This document shows positions 39,164-52,700 of a DNA stretch of 64,000 nt, one piece after another. The position numbers and the translations under genes are program-made. The DNA is from Carcharhinus amblyrhynchos (taxonomy: Eukaryota). The notes beneath the pieces were generated by a model. It had not been told where the DNA came from, made no database searches, and saw nothing but the letters and a program-made list of their open reading frames with translations. Each line of letters starts with the position of its first letter. Within the stretch, counting starts at the first letter, position 1. The DNA is taken from positions 105,834,001 to 105,898,000 of the forward strand of contig OZ336878.1 in NCBI GenBank assembly GCA_965287045.1, given 5' to 3'.

Positions 39164-40401
39164 CTGTAACGTGGAAATACAAAATAGTGTTTGATTCTTG
39201 GTATAGAGAATCCCAGGTTTTCTGTTTGATAATATCATGCTTAATAAATGAGTGAAATTCATGAATAATTTACTTGGGACTGCAACAATTCTTAAGAAGA
39301 AACTCGGAGCAAAATAAAGAAACTTAATTTTCATTCCATGCTCTTGCTTCTCGCGTCGATTTTACTGGACTTATGCTCAAGCAGTTACCGTGTATTTATT
39401 TAAAGAAATACGCTTTAATTTGTGCACACGCATTGCTTAAGAATCCCGAACATATTCGCTTACAAATCTGTGTTTTACGTTTTCTCTACCCGTAGGAAAA
39501 TTTAAATTCCTGCTTAACAAGATCTGCTTGTTCGTTCAGCTTTCACCAGAGGTTTCATGCTTAATATTCAAGTGTGTACGCCATATCACTCCAGCAAAAA
39601 GCTACGGTACTTGTGAATATGAAAACATTAAGATTGGTTGGTACAAATCTGTAATATTTCGAAATTGCCAACTATTTAAGATAACAATATTATTGTTGGC
39701 ATTTTGGCTCCATGCAAAATTACATTTATAATTTAGACGATAGTCAGTGTTACAATATAAATGGACCTGAGGCGTGGTTACGATGTATCTTGTTGTCATT
39801 TGCGCTTCAGTTGGCCGCAGCATTTGGTGATGTATCACATTTATGCACTCATCCCTTTCCCAGTTCAGTAGCACATCCCCACTAATACAAGAAAGCCATA
39901 ACCTTCGGTAACCAAAAGGGAAAAAAAAGCTATAAAATTTCAGAAGGTCTGACAGCATCAAAAAGGAGAGACGTTTCCATTTCAGATGGTCTTTCAAATA
40001 TGGTGGATCGTCACCATAGGCGTTTCATTAGAATAATGCTAGAGGCAGGGAAGGTGTAAGTGATTTCCCAGACTGCATCTTAATCGCCCGCTTCCTGAAA
40101 AGTCAGTTACAAGTTGCAAGTACCAGAATGTTAAGCTTTCCGAAATGAATTAAAGTTCTCAGGTCTGAAATAGGTCTGAAATGTGCCATGCCCTGAGATC
40201 TCTTTGGTTTATTCTGTTTTGCTGAATGGCGTTATTAAAAAATAAAGTTATCTGTTGCTACTTATTAGTAGACCAAATCCATGGGTACGATGAGGTGGAA
40301 TACCAAAACAGCCTACAGTAATGTGTCTCCAAATAGTACGCTGTTTGGTTTGACGTATTCGACATACCAGATTTTCAGTAATTTATCAGTATAATGCTCA
40401 C

Positions 40402-40419
40402 CATCGTCCAGCAGGTGTT
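40402..40419 (-). CDS. Micro-exon, 18 nt, (Q)HLLDD
   Basis: caatttcgttatag|AACACCTGCTGGACGATG|gtgagc. Confidence 0.72.
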
Positions 40420-40593
40420 CTATAACGAAATTGATATTAATTCTGTTAAGTACTACAAAATTCGTAACAATCATATTAAGGGAATTTACAAGAAAATTCA
40501 AGGCAAACAGTGTAAGGCAAAAATAAATTGAGACCTAATTATCAGATGAAGAACATTGACCTTTATGTTATTATAATTGGTAAGTACGCTTAC

Positions 40594-40608
40594 GTTTCTC
40601 CTTCTCAG
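40594..40608 (-). CDS. Micro-exon, 15 nt, (A)EKEK
   Basis: tttttgctccttttcgcag|CTGAGAAGGAGAAAC|gtaagc. Confidence 0.78.
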
Positions 40609-40789
40609 CTGCGAAAAGGAGCAAAAAGACCGCATTTTAATAATTAAATGCGAGTCAGCGACATATACGTGTCATGAAAGTAAGACAAAGCAGATATGAA
40701 GCGATGAGAAAGTATAGGGACCCTATAACCAATCGTAAGCCTTTATATATCCTTACTTGAAGTACAAGGATGCTTTGAAACTTTCAAAT

Positions 40790-41122
40790 GGCAGGCACGG
40801 TGGTGCAATGGTTCGCATTGCCGGATCATATCGCCAAGGACTGATGTTTAAATCCGGCCTGGGGGATTGCCTGCGAGGAATTTTAACACAGTACTTTGGG
40901 TGAGTTTCATCCGTTTGCTCCGTTTTCCTCCCTCAGTCCAAATGTGTGAAGGTTAGGTAGGTTGGCCTTAATAAATTACCCCTTGAAGGCCCAAAATGTA
41001 TTTTTTTTTGGAGAGGGATGAATTAGTGGGGCAAATACGTCTGGAGATGCTGTGTCGACAATCATTGCAAGCTCGATGGGCCGAATGGCCTCCTTCAGCG
41101 CTGTAGCAATTACTGGATTCTA
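40790..41122 (+). mobile_element. V-SINE (HE1-like)
   Basis: ggcacggtggtgcaatggtt head, V-domain cctcagtccaaatgtgtgaaggttagg, tail gatgggccgaatggcctcctt. Confidence 0.8.
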
Positions 41123-41176
41123 AGGGAACATAGAAATTGGCAGGTCATGCCAGTTATGTTTTTGTTTTTCTCTCAC

Positions 41177-41212
41177 CTTGTTTCCTCAGAGCATCTTTCA
41201 GATCGTCCACTT
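41177..41212 (-). CDS. Micro-exon, 36 nt, (E)VDDLKDALRKQ
   Basis: catgtatatattccag|AAGTGGACGATCTGAAAGATGCTCTGAGGAAACAAG|gtgaga. Confidence 0.88.
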
Positions 41213-41439
41213 CTGGAATATATACATGTATAAACACACGTTTACTTGCCATTTGTAATTCAAACGGGCCATTATTCTACAGCGTCACTTCCAATGACGA
41301 TTTCTCTGCTTTCTTGTTATGCCATTTGTTTCATCAAGTGCCACCTCTGCCTTGTGATGATTTATTTTCCTAGTATCTCTTGGAACTATGTTTTGTGGAA
41401 CCAGTCAGTGAGCATGCTACTCTGTATTTTGTATTGTGC

Positions 41440-42597
41440 ATTGTGGAGAGTTTACATCATTACATCCACGTTAAGGAGTCGTGATCATAGTCTGGTAGGA
41501 TTCAAAAATCAGTTTTGGGTGCGAGCAAGTTTAGTCCCATACTAACGTTCCGGAATTAAACAAATGAAATTGCAAAAGTATGAGGGTAGATTTGGCTCGA
41601 ATAGGGTGGGCAAGAAGACTAAAATTTGGACAGCAGAAAAGCAATGGCAGACGTTTAAGGAGATACTCAATTACTTACAGCTAAAAAAAATGACGAAAAA
41701 AGGACGTTAGAAAAAAAAAACAACGTTAAACAATAAGTCCGAGGGTCATATAAAAACAAACAAAAAAAAGTGTGTATCATATTAGGAAGGCAGCGGATTC
41801 TGGAAGATTGGCAAACTTTCAAACATAAACAACGGCATAGTAAAAATAAGTAACAAGAAGAGTTAAGGTAAATTATGAAAAACAAAGCGCAAACATCAAT
41901 ATGATTGCAAATTCTCCTATCTATTCTTAAAAGGGATGAGTGACGCTAAGGCGAATGATAGACCCTTCGAAGATGAAAGCGGGAGTCCATAGTGTGGAGC
42001 GCTGAAATTGCAGAGATACTAAATCAATACTTTGCCTCACTTTTCAGTGAAGGAAACCAGTGCCATTCATGTAGGATCGGGCAAGTAGGAGGCAATAGAA
42101 ATGGTCGAAGTTAGAACAATCGCATATATGGGGAAATGGTACTCAGCAAACTATTTGCATTGAGAGTTGATAACTATACCCCATTACATTCACCGCAATG
42201 CCAGCGCCCCCACCCCTCCCCACTGCCTGACCACATAAATCCGAGGATATTAAAGGAATAGCGGTGTCGATAATGGATCTATTGGTTCTAAAATTCCGAA
42301 ATTTCCTAGGCACCGGAAAGGTTCCAGTGGATTTGTAAAATTCTAATCTACCGCCCTTATCCAAAAAAAGAGGGAGAAGAAATATGGGAAATTTCAGACC
42401 AATTAGTTTAAGGTCTGCTGTTGAGAAACTATTTGATTCAATTATCAACGACTCAAAATCAGGTAATTTGAAATGTCAAAATGCTATCCATCATGTTCAG
42501 CGTTGTTTTATGAAGGACAAATCATGTTTGACTAATTTGGTCGGGTTCTTCGAAGATGTAACACGCAAAATGGACAATGCGAATCTTGTTGATGAAT
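41440..42597 (+). mobile_element. Degenerate CR1 ORF2 internal fragment
   Basis: GNFRPISLRSAVEKL and KSCLTNLVGFFEDVT. Ends about 12 nt from a micro-exon donor. Confidence 0.8.
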
Positions 42598-42609
42598 AAT
42601 TAAATTCAC

Positions 42610-42636
42610 CTCTATCCTTTCTACGTAGATTGTCCT
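42610..42636 (-). CDS. Micro-exon, 27 nt, (E)DNLRRKDR
   Basis: caatttctttttacag|AGGACAATCTACGTAGAAAGGATAGAG|gtgaat. Confidence 0.9.
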
Positions 42637-43509
42637 CTGTAAAAAGAAATTGTACTTTCTCACTCAAGTCACTTTTCAGGATTCATTTCGGTGACATCTA
42701 CTGCAAATCCTGACTGGTAGTTGTGGACGAGCTCAATCGCTCTTAAATCAACTTCATAATTCATCAGATCCAAATTACGTTGCTATCAATGTCAATATTC
42801 AAATTTAACTATGAAATATTCGGTCCTTTGATTTTGTCTGTCCAGAATGTCGTCAAAACTTTGCACTACGCGAGGTATAAACATCGAAGCTCGATAATAT
42901 TGTGCATCTTCTTCATAACTTTGTAGAATCAATTTCAAAATATGTTGCATCTGAATAATCGGTAAAGTTTGAACTTTTGAAAATCGACCGGAACATCATT
43001 CAATTTTGTTAAATCTGAATCGCACATCCAATATATCTGGGGAGAGGCCTCGGATAATAACCCATTCCCCTATATTTCTTGTCAGGAAGATGAAATTCCA
43101 CAGGATGGAAAATTATTAATTTGGTTACAGTCAGACTGAATGCATATCAAGTAGATATTTACTGCCAACAAAATATTTAATGTTCAATTCCTAAGGACGG
43201 AAATCTGTCCTTGCAGTTTTCTGACCGTAAACCAATGTGACCGTGAGGTATTAAATACTCCTCCAAAACAAATAACCTATGGTGTAAATAATTTAGTACA
43301 CTTGTTTTCTGATGATTATTCTGATTTTGTCGGAGAATCAATGTCGAACTATGTACATTCTTCTTTTAAGAAATGACTTGCACTTATGCATCAAGTGATG
43401 AGAACTGTGTCAAAACACATTATGCATTTACGTAAAACCTGGTTCAATTATGCCTGGTTGCTTGTATCGTTAGGTCTTGCTGACAGTACTTCGAAAAGAT
43501 TTCCCTCAC

Positions 43510-43545
43510 CAACATGTTGTATGTCTTCCTTCATTTTTTCTAGTT
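43510..43545 (-). CDS. Micro-exon, 36 nt, (E)LEKMKEDIQHV
   Basis: ttttgactttattttgcag|AACTAGAAAAAATGAAGGAAGACATACAACATGTTG|gtgagg. Confidence 0.9.
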
Positions 43546-44619
43546 CTGCAAAATAAAGTCAAAACGAACAAAATTACTCGTTATACCAGGTTCAATATGT
43601 AAACCTAAACATTCCTCAGCGTTCTGTGTGACACATAATAAACATGTCCATTTTCCTTCTGGCTTGAAGAACGACTAAAAGGGGCCTCAGGATTTGAATT
43701 TGCTTTTCCCAATATTATCTGTTCTCCTCCATTTTACTGTTCATCAGAGGATTGGCAGGACAGGGAGCCAATATCACATTTCAGACGTCCGTCAGCTTTG
43801 TACTCAACATTGTGAGTGCACAGAAGAGGATGTGTTCAGACAGGCAGTGAGTGAGAATTATTCAGGCCTCTTTTCAAGAAAGAAGCGAAATATACAATTT
43901 GAAAGTAGAACCCATGAAGTTTTGAGGACTATCAGCATCAAAATAATTTTATTAAAAATGAACCCGTAATCTCTTTGCAGGTACACTTGTTGAATTAAAA
44001 TTAGGATGATTCTGACAATCAAGGAAGAATTTAAGAGAACGCGATGACGAATGTTTTTATTTCCTAGTGTGGATTAGAAAAAAACCACGTACCGACATCA
44101 AAGTATAATCACTGAGCAATCTACTGGGAATTGAAAAGACCACTCCTCGCAAAACGACACGGAATGAATTGAAACTCACAGCCATACATAGCGGATGAAA
44201 TGAAGAGTGTAAATGCGTGCAAGGGGGAAAAGGCTAATATCTTACAGAAATGTGGGCGGATGATTGCAACCTTAGATTTTGATTACAAATTGTGAGCTTG
44301 TTTTGTTCGATCATGATCAATAAAGTGGCAATAGTTTGCCAAGTCCTCTGTTCTGGTAATGGAAATCCTATTTCACCTCATGAAATCTTATGTAACACAT
44401 GCAGTCTCTGGAGAAGCAGTTGAATTTTATTTTGTGAAGCTTCTGAATCTGCGATATTTGATTGCTGGCACATTAAAAAGCATGAGTATTGTGACGTTAA
44501 ATTAGCAAATCAAACCGACAATTAATCAGTTACATCAGATGTATTCACTCCATCCAACATCCATAGTTGAAAATTAATTTCAAAGAAATAAGAGCCAGAG
44601 GAGGTGACTGTGAATACAT

Positions 44620-46710
44620 TCCGATCTTCACGGATTTCGGGGCCCAGCGTGTTGTTGTAAAATATGCAAGGAAAGTATTGCAGCTGTACCAGTAGCTAGC
44701 ACTTCCGATAGTTCCCAAAATCCACAAGGAAAGACTGTCCTGGTTGGCCCATATTTATTCTTATCTTGACTCCATCCTTTCTCCTCTGGTGGATTGTCCC
44801 CCCTCCTACATCCGGGACTCCTCTGATGCCCTGTCTCATAATGGCAGCTTCCAGGTTGCATGCCCTCACTGCCTCCTATTTATCATGGATGTACAATCTC
44901 CCAATGACTCCATCCCAACGGGAATGGACTGAGAGCTCTTCGCTTCTTTCTTGAAAAGAAGCATGAATAATTTCCATTGACTGCTTGGCTGAACACATCC
45001 ATCTCTCAACAATGTCTCGTTTAACTCATCTAGCTCCCTTCAAATCAAAGGTGTCGCAATTAGTATCCACATGGGTCCTAGCTGTGCCTGTCTTTTTCAT
45101 GGGGAAGTGGAACATTCTTTGTTCCAGGCCTACCTTAATCCCGTCCCACAACTCATTTCTTGGTACATCGATGACTATATTTGTGTTGATTCGTGGTCTT
45201 GTCAGGACCTGGAAAAAATGATAATTTTTGCTTCCACTCTACTCCGCCATCGCTTTCACCTGGTCAATGTTAGGCACTTCCCTTCCCTTTTTGTGGGCTT
45301 TCTGCCTCCATTTCTGGGAATAAACTATCAACCAATACCTATTAAAAACCGACTGACACCTAATGTAATTTGGATTACAGCTCGTCGCACCCTACATCTT
45401 ATAGGACTCCAGCACTTTTCCTCATTTCATTCACCTCCCTCACAATTGTTCTGTTGACGCCATTTTCCAAAGTTGTGCTTCGAACATGTACTCCTATTTT
45501 CTCAATCATAGTTTTCTACCTACAATTTTGACAAGTCTCTCAACAGCGTGCGTTCCATCTTCCAAGCTACGATGCTCACTCCCTCCCTTCTCTCCGTGAA
45601 CGAGGATAGATACCTCTTTTTCTCACATTTCCACACCACCAGCCTTTACATGCAAAGCATAATGCTCTGCCATTTCCGCTAACTCCAGCGTGATGCCACC
45701 ACCAAACACATCTTTGCTTCACTACCTCTATCATCATTCTGCAGAGACCATTCCCTCCGGTATAACCTATTCCACTCCTCCACTGCACCTAACACTACTT
45801 CATCACCCATAATGCCTTCCCATGCAATCGCAGAATGTGTCACACCTGTCTTTTACTTCTATCAAGCTTTCCATCCATGATCCAAAACACTAATTCCAAG
45901 TTAAAGCAGTGTTTCACTTGCGCCTCTTTCAATTTGATGTACTGCATTTGCTGCTCCGAGTGTGGTTTCCTCCATAGCGGAGAGACCAAATGTAGACTGA
46001 GTGATCGCATTACTAAACACATTCGGCCTGGTGCAATCAGGACCCTGACCGTATTGTTGCTTGTCATTTTAACACGCAGTTCTGCTTCCATGCATACATG
46101 TCTGCCCTTTCACTGTTGTAATTTGCTAGTGAAGCTTAACGTAAACTGCAGAAACAACACCTCCTCTTGTGGTTAGGCATGTTACAAACTTCCCGACTTA
46201 ACATCGAACTCAGCAACTTCAGATGATTAGCTCTACGCCACATCAACGCTTTGTTTTCATTTTATTCGTTCTTTTTCGCTGTTCTCTACCATTTATTTAT
46301 TGTTTTTTCTTTATTTCGCTTCTCCCCAAACCTTTCCCCTATTTTATCCACCTTTCATTAATTTTTCTTCCCCTTCGCTTACCCTTTCTCCCTTTTTCTC
46401 AATTTAACTTTCTCCCACCCATCTCCCCCATCACCTCACATCTTCATCTGCCACAGCTTATCCTCTGGTTTCAGTTTATCTGCCGTTTGGCCATTCACAC
46501 CTTTTATTCTCCCTATGGACTGCCATTAATAGCTGTTTCCCTTGTGTTTTATGAATATGGCTCATCTTTCCTTCCCGCATCCAACAGTATAATCATTTCC
46601 CACTTTCTATGTCTTTCAGCTTGGACAGAGATTCCAAACGCCAGCTCTTTTCTCTCGTTACAGATGCTGTCAGACTTATTAAGATCTCCAGCATTTTCCC
46701 GTTTGGTCGC
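44620..46710 (+). mobile_element. Penelope-like retroelement (RT plus GIY-YIG endonuclease), decayed
   Basis: RT motifs SYIRDSSDAL, MGPSCACLF and WYIDD. GIY-YIG-like NLMYCICCSECGFLHSGETKCRLSDRITKH. Pyrimidine-rich 3' region. Confidence 0.85.
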
Positions 46711-46849
46711 CAGATCATTTGAGATTTCGTTTTTGGAGCGTGAATTTCACGAATTTTACTATCCAGGATTTGAAGGGACAGGATGCGCAATAGGATGCGG
46801 ACCCAAAGGAAACAATTTATTTCACTCAGAATTCTAATGTCTCACAATA

Positions 46850-47760
46850 ATTAGCGCCCAATTTGTCATGTTCTTGTCAAGTCAAACAGGCATCTATTGG
46901 ATGCATTTCAGATAAGGCTTGACATAAGCACGTCGAACTCCGATACGGCTGTCCACGCATGTTAGTCATTGCCAAGAAACTTGACAGAACATGCCGCAAA
47001 TGGACTGAAGGCAATTTTCAATAATGTTCGATTTGTTTTCCATATGTGAACTCTTATTGCAACACTGTTGTATGCTCAAAGCAGAAGACGAGCATCACTG
47101 AGATCTGGTAAGAGATAACAAGGCAAGATCTGAACGAGTGAAGCAGCCAGGGAATGTGGCAATTCGAAGTGATGCATGCATTGAAAGTGAAAACATAGAC
47201 TGATTGCAACCAAACATAACGCAAAGGAATATGATTGCAACGCCCAAGGCAAGTTCTTCTTTTCATTGCTTCACAGAATGTCCCCATAGTTGGCGAGACC
47301 AACCTTAGGTTACTCAGCCAAAATGTCATGGGGAAAGTGCCGGCGAGCAGCTGTCTTGAACTGCTGCACTCTGAGTGTTGTAGGTGCAAACAAGGTGTTG
47401 TTACAAAGATTTGCAGTGCCGATTGACAACAATGAGATTGCAGTGGATCTTTAAGTCACAGTGCCTTGCAGCTTGGATGAAGATTAGCCCTAAAATAAGT
47501 TTCAAAGATTTTCTGTGTTGCTTAGATCAAAATTTGGTTCGTACTGTTGAAGATGCATTTAAGAGTTACAGCATATCTTCACTAAGGCAACACTCCGACT
47601 ATTGACCATAGGAGGACGGATTGTATGCAGATAATATTTAAAATGGTGGTTGAAGGCTCAGACAAGCAGAATTCTTTATCACATTTGGTGCTGATGTTCT
47701 AGCCATTGTTGGCATCCCATTAATTTGGACAATAACAACACTCCTCGCTTTCCAAGTTTG
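46850..47760 (-). mobile_element. Old LINE ORF2 fragment
   Basis: Patchy RT-like decayed sequence; no intact frame. Confidence 0.3.
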
Positions 47761-48090
47761 TGTCTTGTTGCTACAGGCTGAATATTAGAAAGCAAGGACG
47801 GAGTCCCTCGCTGCAAAATTTCCAGTTCTTGTTTAATGCGCATTTGTTATATGATTGCCCATTTTGCTCAGCCATAAATATAACCAATTGTGCATTATTT
47901 AACTATAAGACCTAAAAGAAAATGTAATATGCAGCAAGTTATGTCTTTCTATTTCTGCCAACGTCAGTTTGCTGTTTTCAACGTAAATGGTATTGGTAAA
48001 TCGTGAAATCTACATGACAGAACATGCATTCATCGAACCGATCTGCAGTTAATAATTGAAATACTGGAAAACGTATCTCGGTAAAATTAC

Positions 48091-48117
48091 CTGTATCCTT
48101 TATAAGAAGTTGTCTCA
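48091..48117 (-). CDS. Micro-exon, 27 nt, (M/V)RQLLIKDT
   Basis: ttttcttgtcttctcgaacag|TGAGACAACTTCTTATAAAGGATACAG|gtaatt. Confidence 0.87.
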
Positions 48118-49624
48118 CTGTTCGAGAAGACAAGAAAATAATTATTAAACCGCAACATATACATCAGACTTTTAGAAACAAAACACGTTGATCTAATCAA
48201 TGCGAAGGAACATTTGGCTTCCACTCATATGCTTAGCTTTCAGATAAACACTTGAGACTGGTATTTTAAGTGTAATTTTCGGGCATATTGGTTGAGATGC
48301 CATTAAATAAAATGAATGTTTGTAAATAGAAAAAAAAAGTATCTCTTAATGTCGAAGATCTTCGAAATGCATTAATATTTCCATTCTATTACCGCATTTA
48401 CAATAGCATTCAAACATTGTTCAATTCAAATAGTGGGTCAATGCATCAGTCTCCACATCGCTTTATAATCGTATTCATAATTACAAGTGTGAAATATCAA
48501 GCTCAAGTATTAGCTACCAGCATGGTAAAATAGCAACGATATTTTCTTTCTCTGTCCCGAGCTGCGGACATGATATCTTCGTCATCAATAGGACCGCCTC
48601 CGTGAGTATCCATACTACCGGGTATTCGTCCTTTGACTCACAGTGTATGGTATGAAAACCCTTACTCATGCTTCAGTTGCCTCTAGTTTTGTCCTTCAAA
48701 CATGGTCTGACTAGAAATTTGGGCTACCGCAAAAGAAAAGGTGCTTACCACAATTTGATTCACAACAGATACTTTTAACAGTGCAATCAGGTATTCACTG
48801 GTCGACATTGAGTATTACCAAGATGCTTATTTGTCCCTCTGCCGCCAGTTTCAACAGCCTTTCGAATTCACATATATTCGGAACGCCGTTCAGCCTCGTA
48901 CGAGTTTCAAACTTTATAGATCAGCAGTTCTACTCAATTCCTAACTAAATTCCCTTCCGGAGATTTTCACACGTGTTTTCTAAGTCCAGTTTCGCTGAAT
49001 TTAGGGACCCTTCTCTCACATACTCTTTACTAATTTTTAGGCCAGTTAATTTCTTTTCCAAAAATTTAATTTCCTGTACCAATGCCGGGTTTATTAAACA
49101 TTCTAACTTGAAGTGCATTGCACTATTTTAAATTAGAAATGTGAATTAGCAATGCAAGTTCTCATTGTATTTGTGGACTTTCATTTATCTGCTGATCGTA
49201 TTATTTCAAATTGAATGTTCATTTTAGTGCAAGAAAGCTTGTGTGGTTGTTCCTCGAAAGAATGATAATACTAGCCTTGGAAAATGTAACAACAACACAT
49301 TCAACTACAGAAATGAACGAATACTTTTACCCAAGAAAGCACAGCAAAATGTATCAGCAGGAAATGATGCAGTGAGCAATATTAGAGAACAGGCAGAATA
49401 AAGTGCATAATGTTAGTGGAGACCAGTAAAATGTACAGTAACAATATTCATAATCGATAGAGGGGTGTGAGGGAACGGCGAGCTTTAAGGAAATATGCCA
49501 AGTTGCAGATACATAAAGAAACGCTCGGAAAATAATAGTGTTTTGCCGGATAAATACGTTAGAATTCATCAGATTACAGCAGAATAAAATGAAAGGCAGA
49601 GGTGAGGATACACACCAAGGTAAA

Positions 49625-49790
49625 GGAAAAATACTGCAGCTGCTGGACTCTGAAATAGGAAATCAGAAAATTCTCGGAAACTCAAAAGGTTTGACAGCAT
49701 TGTGGAGAGAGAGAGAGGGTAGTGCCCATGTTTCGAAAAAGAACGGCACGGACAAATACCGGGCAGTTGAAAGGAGACAGCCAAGCAGTT
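49625..49790 (-). mobile_element. Penelope-like terminal fragment
   Basis: Reverse complement resembles the 46640-46720 terminus (ctctc...atgctgtcaaacct...gagttt...tccagcagctgcagtattt). Confidence 0.45.
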
Positions 49791-52700
49791 CAGGAATTCA
49801 ATAAATGAAGCCAGCTCACAGTTGAGCATTCCTCTCTGAACACTGATTAAACCGGACGATTAAAAATATATTTTTTTAAAAATACGTGTTTTCTTTGGTG
49901 TCTTCCATGGGACCAGAAAATATCAGGAACATGTGCAGGAACAGATTAAATTACAGTAAAGTGACAAGATTAGATATTATTGTAATGTGATTGATGTCTA
50001 GATACACACGCAAAATGCCAACAATCTCCTATACCAGCTATTTCCCCTCTATCAACACCCGAACCCAACCCACTCCCAGCTGCAGTGGTGTAACGAGCAG
50101 TTTCGTTGTAAAACGTTAAATTTGTTGACTTAAGTGGACCCACTGAGCAACTCATATTTGGAAAATAAAGCTCAAAGCGCGCTTCATTCGCTTTTGGATA
50201 GGGAAACTAAATATTTGAGGCCTGACTGAGTTCCCAGCTTTTCCATGCATTCTGTATGTAATTAGCCACCGTCCGCGGAGCACTGACATCTGCCTTGGCA
50301 TACTCTTTAACCCTTGTGGAGAAGGGGTGAGTGAGAATCATCATTGCGTACATTCTAAATGACTGCTTTGGAAGATATCAACGCAAAATGATATGAAAAC
50401 CTGAACAGAACCCTTACACAGAGCTCACAAGTCGAAAGCATCGTTGCCCTCGAGCAAAGCAGTGCAAAGAGGATGAACACTTTACAATGTGCCCTGAGAT
50501 GGTGTATTGAGAAAATGAAGTGTGTGGAGTTGCATTATCAATGGACTTCCTCCAATGATTTTTTTGCAGGTCTGGGGATATATAACACCAACTTCAAGCC
50601 GAAAGCACAAGATAAAATTAAATATTTGAATGTACCCGATACGTAAACTAAGGAATTAGTTTGGCCTCTGTATCACACGCATGAGGAATCTAAATATGTG
50701 ATCATCATTAGGTTTATGAGCAGGTATTTCTCTACTAGCCATAATATACTATAACATAGTTTTTTGACCGCTCATTGGGGGAAAAAAGAAACAACATGCC
50801 TTTGGTCGGAGCACAGAGGACACTTATTTCAATGATATCCATTCATTAACAGCTCTGCTCTGAAACAAAAAAAAACACCGTATTCGAACCTCACCACCCG
50901 ACATAGAGAGTTAATTAAGGAAACGCTTGCAACCTGGCCCAAATATGAAAACCAGGAAAGAAAACCCACCAGTGCGGATGTTGCGAAACAATATCAATTA
51001 TGCACACTTGTCGAAGGCCGCTGCCTCCGGAAGGAAGTTCAGGAGCAATTTACAAACCAGCGGAAATATCTACCTAATCCTGAAAAAATGCATATAGAAT
51101 GTGGGATCAACAGGGAATTCTTCAGAACGTCGAAAATGACAAGATTGTTAGCTCAGAAAATTTATCTGTGATATGTTTTAATACTGCATTTTTTTAATGT
51201 TAGGCAATTTATCGTCCCATTTAACGTCCATTAATTGCCACAGCCATCTTGTGAAACAACAAATTAACATTTCTGCAATAAGAAGTCCATAACCTGCAGG
51301 TAAAAAATTGTGCTATCAATATCTTGGACATTGCAAGTTTTGGAGTAAAGTGGACATCCACTTCTTATGCAGTTACGTAAATAACCGACCTAAGTCTTCC
51401 ACTCAAGCCACACCAAATAAATAGTATTGCTGGAGAACCAGATTGGTTTCTTGAAAATCTGAGCCACTGGCGCCGCAATCTTCACAGTTCTATAAACACA
51501 GAACGAATGTCACGATCAAATTAATCTTTTTTCATTCTTTGGGTCACATTCCCAATTCTTTGAGCACCACTGACGCAGTAAGGCTGTGGATTTTTTTTTA
51601 GAAGAATTTGGTTTACTTGATAGAGCTGAAAATTTAAGTTGCCATTTTGAGAATGGGATGAAGTGACATTTCTCGATTGTTCTAAGCATGCTGAAACCTT
51701 TGATGAACACAATGGCTTGGGACATGGCTGGCAATGCCAATGTGCTTTTTATTATAATATTTCACAAACGTTATTTGGATGTTTAATTCGAAATGCTAAT
51801 GAAATGTACACCTGCTTCAAAATAAGCATACATCACTACAGACTGATGGGGCAGAATTCTGCAGCTTACATACCAGATATTAGGATATCGTAATTGTGCT
51901 TTGCCAATGACTGTGCCCTTTTGTTACACTGTGAGAATGAACTTCATAAATTGTTTTTCAAAGCAGAAAACGAGTGTTGTTGTGTTTTTTTTGATCAACA
52001 GAAGTAATATATTGCATCAAACAGCAAGATATGACTACAACTCACGAACTGTAGTGACCGCATATTCAGGTTACTGACAAATTCTTCTATCTAAGATCGA
52101 AAGGTCTTGCAACATATGCACAAGTTTTGACAGAGGACACAAAGCCTTAGGTCAGGACCTTACATTACGACAAAGGAAATTAATTATCTGCCATAAAACA
52201 AGACAGACTATGCGCAAGATCATCATAATACTTGTTTTTGTGTGTGAGTCATGGACTTGCAGAAATATCGACGCATTGAATTGCTGTCACATGCTGTTCC
52301 ACTCGGCTAACAAAGGGTATTGAATGAAAAGAGAAAGTGTGTTGTCATTTCATCTGGAATATGGGTATGAGATGTGGCCCTAGCCATTTAGCATGGTTGT
52401 GGAGGCTGTCCATGAAAGCATGGTTGCATGGCAAAGAACCAGGAATCAATATTTTCCGTTATGTCGATTGGTTGAAGTACTCTGAGAAAAGAGAAAGTTG
52501 ACATAAAATTTGCTGGAAGCATTTGAAATCAGCATTTTAATTGCTGATTTTTTTTTTGAATTAAAACATTCATTATCAGAGACATGGACAGCCAGAATGG
52601 AAATGCAGTGAAGATGATAAAGAATATACTCTCCGAAGGCGTCATACATTCGGAATACAATCTTGAAGTTGTCTTTAGAGATAAGTCATCCTCAAGGATC

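Noticed and set aside
46223-46837. 204-aa hydrophobic ORF as a membrane protein
   Set aside because: Arises from the pyrimidine-rich 3' region of the Penelope-like element; F/L/P/S-biased low complexity.
957-48660. CACAGTG heptamers (about 957, 13675, 36268, 48640) as V(D)J recombination signals
   Set aside because: No ACAAAAACC-like nonamer at 12 or 22/23 spacing, and no Ig/TCR V or J coding segments seen.
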